In this document: positions 56,690-64,000 of the stretch, piece by piece
Layout of the letters: each line of letters opens with the position of its first letter
Numbering within the stretch: the stretch's first letter is position 1
Assembly: GCF_009914755.1 (NCBI RefSeq)
Contig: NC_060947.1
DNA from: the human T2T-CHM13v2.0 reference genome, Homo sapiens
Length of the DNA stretch: 64,000 nucleotides
Reading direction: 5' to 3' (one strand)
The notes under the pieces: generated by a model
What the model was told of the DNA's origin: nothing
Database searches by the model: none
What the model saw: the letters and a program-made list of their open reading frames with translations, nothing else
Position numbers and translations under genes: made by a program

Positions 56690-58270
56690 TATTCCAGTCT
56701 TTGAGCACAGCCTCCAATCCTTCCTCCTTACTTGATTTTCTTCTGGATCATCAGTCCCTCTTGACTTTTGTGCCTTCCTTATCCAGCCTGGATTCCAAAG
56801 TCAGCTGCAGAAACCCTTCTTGCCCTTCCGTTGTCTCAGACCATACCACCATACCCTCCTTCCTCAAGTTGGATGGTAAGTACACTGGGGCAAAATGAGT
56901 GCACAAATATGCAGACTAGACACAGATCCACAATTCTTATCCCAGATGGGGTTCAGAGCACTGGTTGGCCATCAGTCCATTGCATTCCTTCCTCTTCCAG
57001 GACTTGCAGCTTTTAGCCTGTACTCACTCCACTTCTTTTCTCAAGCCCCTGCATGAACTGGCACCACTTAAAGTTACCTCTTCTCTCACAGAGAACCAGC
57101 ACGATTTCTGGGAACTATTCCTCCATCCCTTAAAATATGCTGCTGTATAGTTGTGATATAATTGGTCTGGGGGTGGGCCTGGACATTGGGATTCTGAAAG
57201 GCCCCATAGATGATGCACTCAGGGCTGGGAACCACTGGCCTAGTCTTTAATTCCTCCCAAATGAGTGCGTTCATCTTAGCTCTTTCTCTGAGCTCCTACC
57301 AAAAAGCTCCCTGGACACCCCTGCATGTACATTCCACAGGCATCTCAAATTTATCATGTGAAATACCAAACATTATCCACACTTCTCTCCTACCATAAAG
57401 TATGTTTCATTGAAATGTCTCACCTTCATCCAATTTTCTAAGCCAGGGGCCAGTGATGCCTCCAGGGTTTTATATGCAGCAATACAGTTTGGTGCGGGAG
57501 GCTGGGAGTAAGTTTTGTTGACTTGGTTTCTATACTTCTCTGGGGCAGCTGGGAACAAGATGTTGTGAAAGCTATGAGAAGCGTATTCTTCACTAGCCTT
57601 CCTTTGTCACTGCCAGCTGAGACACCACCTTTGGCCCCTAACCCAACAAGCCACCAAGGCTAGTGGGCCCCATGTCAGAATTCTCTCTTGAATCTATACG
57701 TTTTATTTCCTTTGTGTCCTCACCACCAATGGTTTATTCATTGGTCTCCCTGGCTTTGGCCTGCCATCCCCACCTTCGCAAGCCCCAATCCATATAGCTT
57801 ACTCTCCACTGCCAAAACTGTCTTTCTCAAGTGCCAGTTCAATTACATCTGATTAGCAACAGAAATCTGACATCCAGGCAGCCATTGTGTGTTGTTTGGG
57901 AGTCCCTGGAAGACCTCACATTGGTTTGTGCTCCCAGGAATGCATCCCAGCTTTTCTCTCCCGCCTGGGCACATTCTCACTAGGCTTCTAGGCTCGAGCT
58001 CTAAAGTCACACCTCCACTAGTGGAGCCTCCTCTACACCCACAGGCCAATGCACCCCTACCTCTTTGGGCTACGCTGCCCCTGTACATGCCTTCTCTTGG
58101 ATTAAAAGTCATCATTTATTTTCTACATGTGCCTTCTTTCCCTTACCAAGTTCCCCTGAAAGCATGAGCCACAACTTCCTGATTTTTAGATCTGCATCCT
58201 TCAGCACAGGGGCTGGCACACTGCTGGAGATGTGCTAACAAAGCCTTAGTAGATGGATGCATCAAGGTCC
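56690..58270 (+). mobile_element. Degenerate L2 fragments with a MER5-type insert (~57150-57238)
   Basis: Pyrimidine-rich L2-like stretches (cacaggcatctcaaatt, cagcacaggggctggcaca) and MER5 end gggaaccactg. Confidence 0.5.
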
Positions 58271-58708
58271 AGGGATTTGGAAGGATTCCTGGATGATTTG
58301 TAGCTGACTGGCATCAGTGATCATAGGCGCCTTAGGCAAAACTGGGAGTAAACATACGTGGACTGACATGTCAGAAACATCTTGGCTAGGAAGAAAAATG
58401 TCAGGCTGTGAAGCTCCACAATGCTGCTGGGGAACACTCTAAGACACACAGGTATGATATCCTTTCCCTGTGACAGGTGAGATATTCACCCTGACAGAAA
58501 TGGCTGATGAGTGGGCACATTCCACGACCATGGACACTCACAGTTGTCACCAGAACAGCCCCTAGATACCAACAACAAGGCAGTTTGTTCTTGCTCCTTT
58601 AAGGGAGAGCTTCCCAGAAAAATAAGAAGTAAGCTGACAGGTCGTTGATATTTGCATAGAGCGTGATAAGTGATTTATGCTTGAAATCCCCTTTGTAGAA
58701 CAAATAAT

Positions 58709-58710
<2 letters not shown>

Positions 58711-58750
<40 letters not shown>
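58711..58750. repeat. (GT)20 microsatellite
   Basis: Seen directly. Confidence 0.97.
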
Positions 58751-58751
<1 letters not shown>

Positions 58752-59210
58752 CTTTTGCTATCTATTGTATGTTTGATCCCAGGTTGATGAAAGGGTGATA
58801 GCTGAAATCCTATAAAAAAACAGCTTGTTGGGCTTGCAGCCCCGTCAACATATGGTGTTCAAACTAAATACAACAAACGTGTCATTTCAACGTGCTCAGC
58901 TACCTACGTGAAATTCTAAACAAGTAATACAATATGAGGAGAAGAGAAATGTTTTTCTGGAACTGAGCACCTGAGCCTGCTGGGCTTCTGAGTCATGCTA
59001 GTGTGAGATGAGCCCTTCACTGCAGGGCTCTGGTGAGCCTGCCCTTTGTAATGCACGTTCTTCCAAGGCTGAACATCTCCGACATCCTCTAAGAAGTCAC
59101 AGAAAACTCACCCCGAAGAAATCCGTTTTACAGCATCAGATTCATACACTGGTTCTGCTAGTACTTCCTGAATGCCAGCCATTCCAAAAGATGAAAATCA
59201 TGGTCCAAAG

Positions 59211-59449
59211 CAGGGTTTCTAATCTTCAGCACTATGAACCGGTGTGGGCAGATAACTCCATGTGGTGCTAGCTGTCTTGTGCATTGAAGAACATTTAGCA
59301 GTACCCTGGGCCTCTGTCCACTAAATGTCATTTGCACACCTCCCTCCATTGTTGTGACAATCAAAATGTCTCCAGGCATTATCAAATGTCCCCTGGGTGG
59401 CAAAATCCTCCCCCATTTCCCCACCGCTGACCTCCGTTGCAAACCACTG
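59211..59449 (-). mobile_element. MER20 with perfect 8-bp TSD GTCCAAAG
   Basis: TSD at 59203-59210 and 59450-59457; ttgtgacaatcaaaatgtctccaggcatt core. Confidence 0.9.
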
Positions 59450-59839
59450 GTCCAAAGGATGGCATCTTGCTGGAGAATTACCAAGAGGGCTGTTAATATG
59501 AGTGCAGGTGAGAGACCCCAGCATTCCCATTCGTGGATCTGGCTGTGCAGCATAGCTTGCCCAGGGATGCTTAGCCTCCCTGTAACCTGCACACATTGGA
59601 AGTGTTCATAAAGCCAATGTCACATGGATCCTCAGGGAAGAGTTATCACAATAGCTGCCCCTTACAAGAATTCATTCCAATACCCTTAACAGTTGCAGGA
59701 ATAAAATGCAGCTGTTAGACGCAGGGGCAAACACCAAGATGTGGCTTTTCTTTCTCTCTCCTTTATTTTTCATAATTACCCAAAGAGAAACTGTTATCAC
59801 CATGGCCTATAATGGAACTAAAACGCAGGAGAACCACTT

Positions 59840-59853
59840 GTTACCATAGCAAC
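59840..59853. promoter_or_regulatory. RFX X-box motif GTTACCATAGCAAC
   Basis: Close match to GTTRCCATRGYAAC in unique sequence. Confidence 0.45.
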
Positions 59854-60651
59854 AAAGCCGGAGTATATTTTCTGTACCCCTTGAGTTCACAGTGCAGCTT
59901 TCTGGTGCCATCTGACTTGATTTGCTAATTGCTTTCACAGAACAATCAGTCCACTCAAGCATTACAGTTCAAGAAGTAAAACCTTAGTTACAACTGATGA
60001 TAAATATTCAAACGTGGTTCCTCAAGTTGAAAGAGGGTTTATATGAAAGCGAATCTAGCAATACAAGTAACAGTTCTGAAGAACAACATTCTGGAGACTC
60101 ACAACCCCCACTCATCTATACTTTCAGCTTTGCTTTTGCTGCTCACTCTGTCTACAGTACCTTCTGCACCCCGCACAGGTGTCACTCCCCTGCTCCCCAG
60201 AGTAAGACAATGCCCTTTCTCCATGATGCATAGCACCTTGGTAACAATCTGCCCCACTGTAATACCACTCCTTTACATGTTTGAAATTACTGCTAGACTG
60301 GAAACTCCTTGAAGGTAGAGATGATGTCTTCCCTGGCATTTAATAAGGGTTTAATAAATGTCTGTTGAATTGAAATGACTCTTTATGTTTGACACTTAAG
60401 ATGAAAATCAACAGATAACAAAAGAAACTCATGCAAAAATTAGGAAAACAAGAAAAACCACAATTACGTATCAACCCCTGACCCCAGACTTCTGGCAGGA
60501 GATATAATATTAGTATGGATGCAATCTGAAATCCTAAATATTCCATCAATGGGTTCAGAGTAACCACATTGTTCATTCATTCATTAAATCATTCAAGGAA
60601 TATCTATTAGATGTCTATTATGGACTAGGTACATGATAAATGAGAATAATA

Positions 60652-60955
<304 letters not shown>

Positions 60956-61497
60956 TGTTTTATATTTCTACAATGTTTTACAGTCCATGTAACAGTTTCA
61001 TCCACAGAACCTAATCAGAGGAATATCCGGAAACACATTGAGTGGTTGCATTTCCTAAGATCATACAAAAGTGAGAAATCTGGCTCTTCTGACCGATGCT
61101 ATGCTTACTGTTCTTTTTACAAAAACTTCCATTCAGAATGATACCTCTGAAGAATTGCATGCTTCTCAACAAGCAAATAATTGAATTTTTCAACCTTCAA
61201 AACTTCAATATTCTGCTCACATACCATGACAGCTAATGAATTTTACTCTACAGAGATTTTTTCATAGAAGCAGGCATTTGCACACAAGAATCTCTCTGTG
61301 TGACTGGTCCCCTGGGCTTTGTCCAAGGGCAGAAAGCTCACTTAGTTATTAAGATAAATAGCAAAGGGAAGCCAAACAGAAGCTAAATGAATTCTACAAT
61401 TTTTCTCAGTCTTGCAGAGTTGTGGAAAGTCAAGTTTTCCAAATCTACTCCTCACTAATATATGCTGCAAGACTGACTTAGAGGCATCCTTACATGG

Positions 61498-61536
61498 GCA
61501 TTTATTAAAAGCATTTATTAAAGGCATTTATTAAAA
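61498..61536. repeat. Three tandem copies of the 13-mer GCATTTATTAAAR
   Basis: Copies at 61498-61510, 61511-61523 and 61524-61536. Confidence 0.9.
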
Positions 61537-61599
61537 GCCCCTATTCAAAATAAGGAAACACTAGTGTAGATTTGGAAAACCCAGAAATAATTAGCTACA

Positions 61600-62105
61600 C
61601 TTTGTCAACTCAGAACTTAGAAGTGGTCAAGCTAAAATTTGATTTGGGATTTATTACATTTATTTTCTGCAGTTTTATGTGGAATTGGCTCTCTCTCTCT
61701 ATATATATATACATAATATATATATATGCTATATATATACATAATATATATACATAATATATATATAGTATATATAGCATATATATACTATATATATACA
61801 TAATATATATATATAGTATATATATAGCATATATATATATAATTCTTAGGAATGTTCCTAAATACTCCCTTCTCCAGAATGTTAAAGATCTTCTGGCTTG
61901 TCCAGCTTCAGCATGTACCTGCCCTGGCCTCCAACGGGGACCCTTGCAAAACTTGTACTTGAGATTTTTGAGCACTTGAAAGAGGTACAAATCTGGTTAT
62001 AGTGTTTAAGGATGGTGATGGGAGAGGAAAGAAGACATTGTAAGCAATATTTCTGGGTATTAAATATTTAGTTGTTTCCAAGAAGTTCAAGTAAATGACT
62101 TGTTT
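61600..62105 (-). pseudogene. Putative endogenous bornavirus-like matrix (EBLM) remnant
   Basis: Minus-strand translations IYLNFLETTKYLIP, VHAEAGQARRSLTFWRREYL and FHIKLQK...NFSL resemble recalled BoDV-1 M segments SYVELKDKVIVP, IDVEPAGHSLVNIYFQIDDFL and MFLRLNK...AFNV in colinear order; weak, aligned by eye. Confidence 0.45.
61690..61840. repeat. (CT)n/(TA)n-rich low-complexity expansion
   Basis: Seen directly. Confidence 0.95.
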
Positions 62106-62129
62106 TAAAATTACTTCTGGTTGTACCAA

Positions 62130-64000
<1,871 letters not shown>

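Noticed and set aside
60960-61490. Possible continuation into a bornavirus L (polymerase) gene
   Set aside because: I saw no recognisable L motifs in the minus-strand translations I examined; a profile search would be needed to exclude it.

Overview
This is primate (human-like) genomic DNA: it carries Alu elements and is dense in MIR, L2, old L1M and hAT-type MER DNA transposons. A CpG island at ~35.6-36.6 kb contains a (GAG)17 repeat and a minus-strand first exon with a strong-Kozak ATG encoding MGHPVYRGEKPQLHYA, ending at a canonical GCG|GTGAGT donor. Positions 1-36051 are therefore probably intron of a minus-strand gene; I cannot name it with confidence, and an upstream FRMD4B promoter is only a guess. 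The main finding is at the right edge (~61.6-64.0 kb, minus strand): a decayed, frameshifted element whose translations match, in colinear order, many motifs of the bornavirus glycoprotein G, followed by weaker matches to matrix protein M. It looks like an endogenous bornavirus-like G+M element with the G-before-M order of carbo/culterviruses. It is split by an AluY with a 14-bp TSD and runs off the window end. All alignments were made by eye against recalled BoDV-1 sequences and need tBLASTn/HMM confirmation. Repeat subfamily names and boundaries are approximate.
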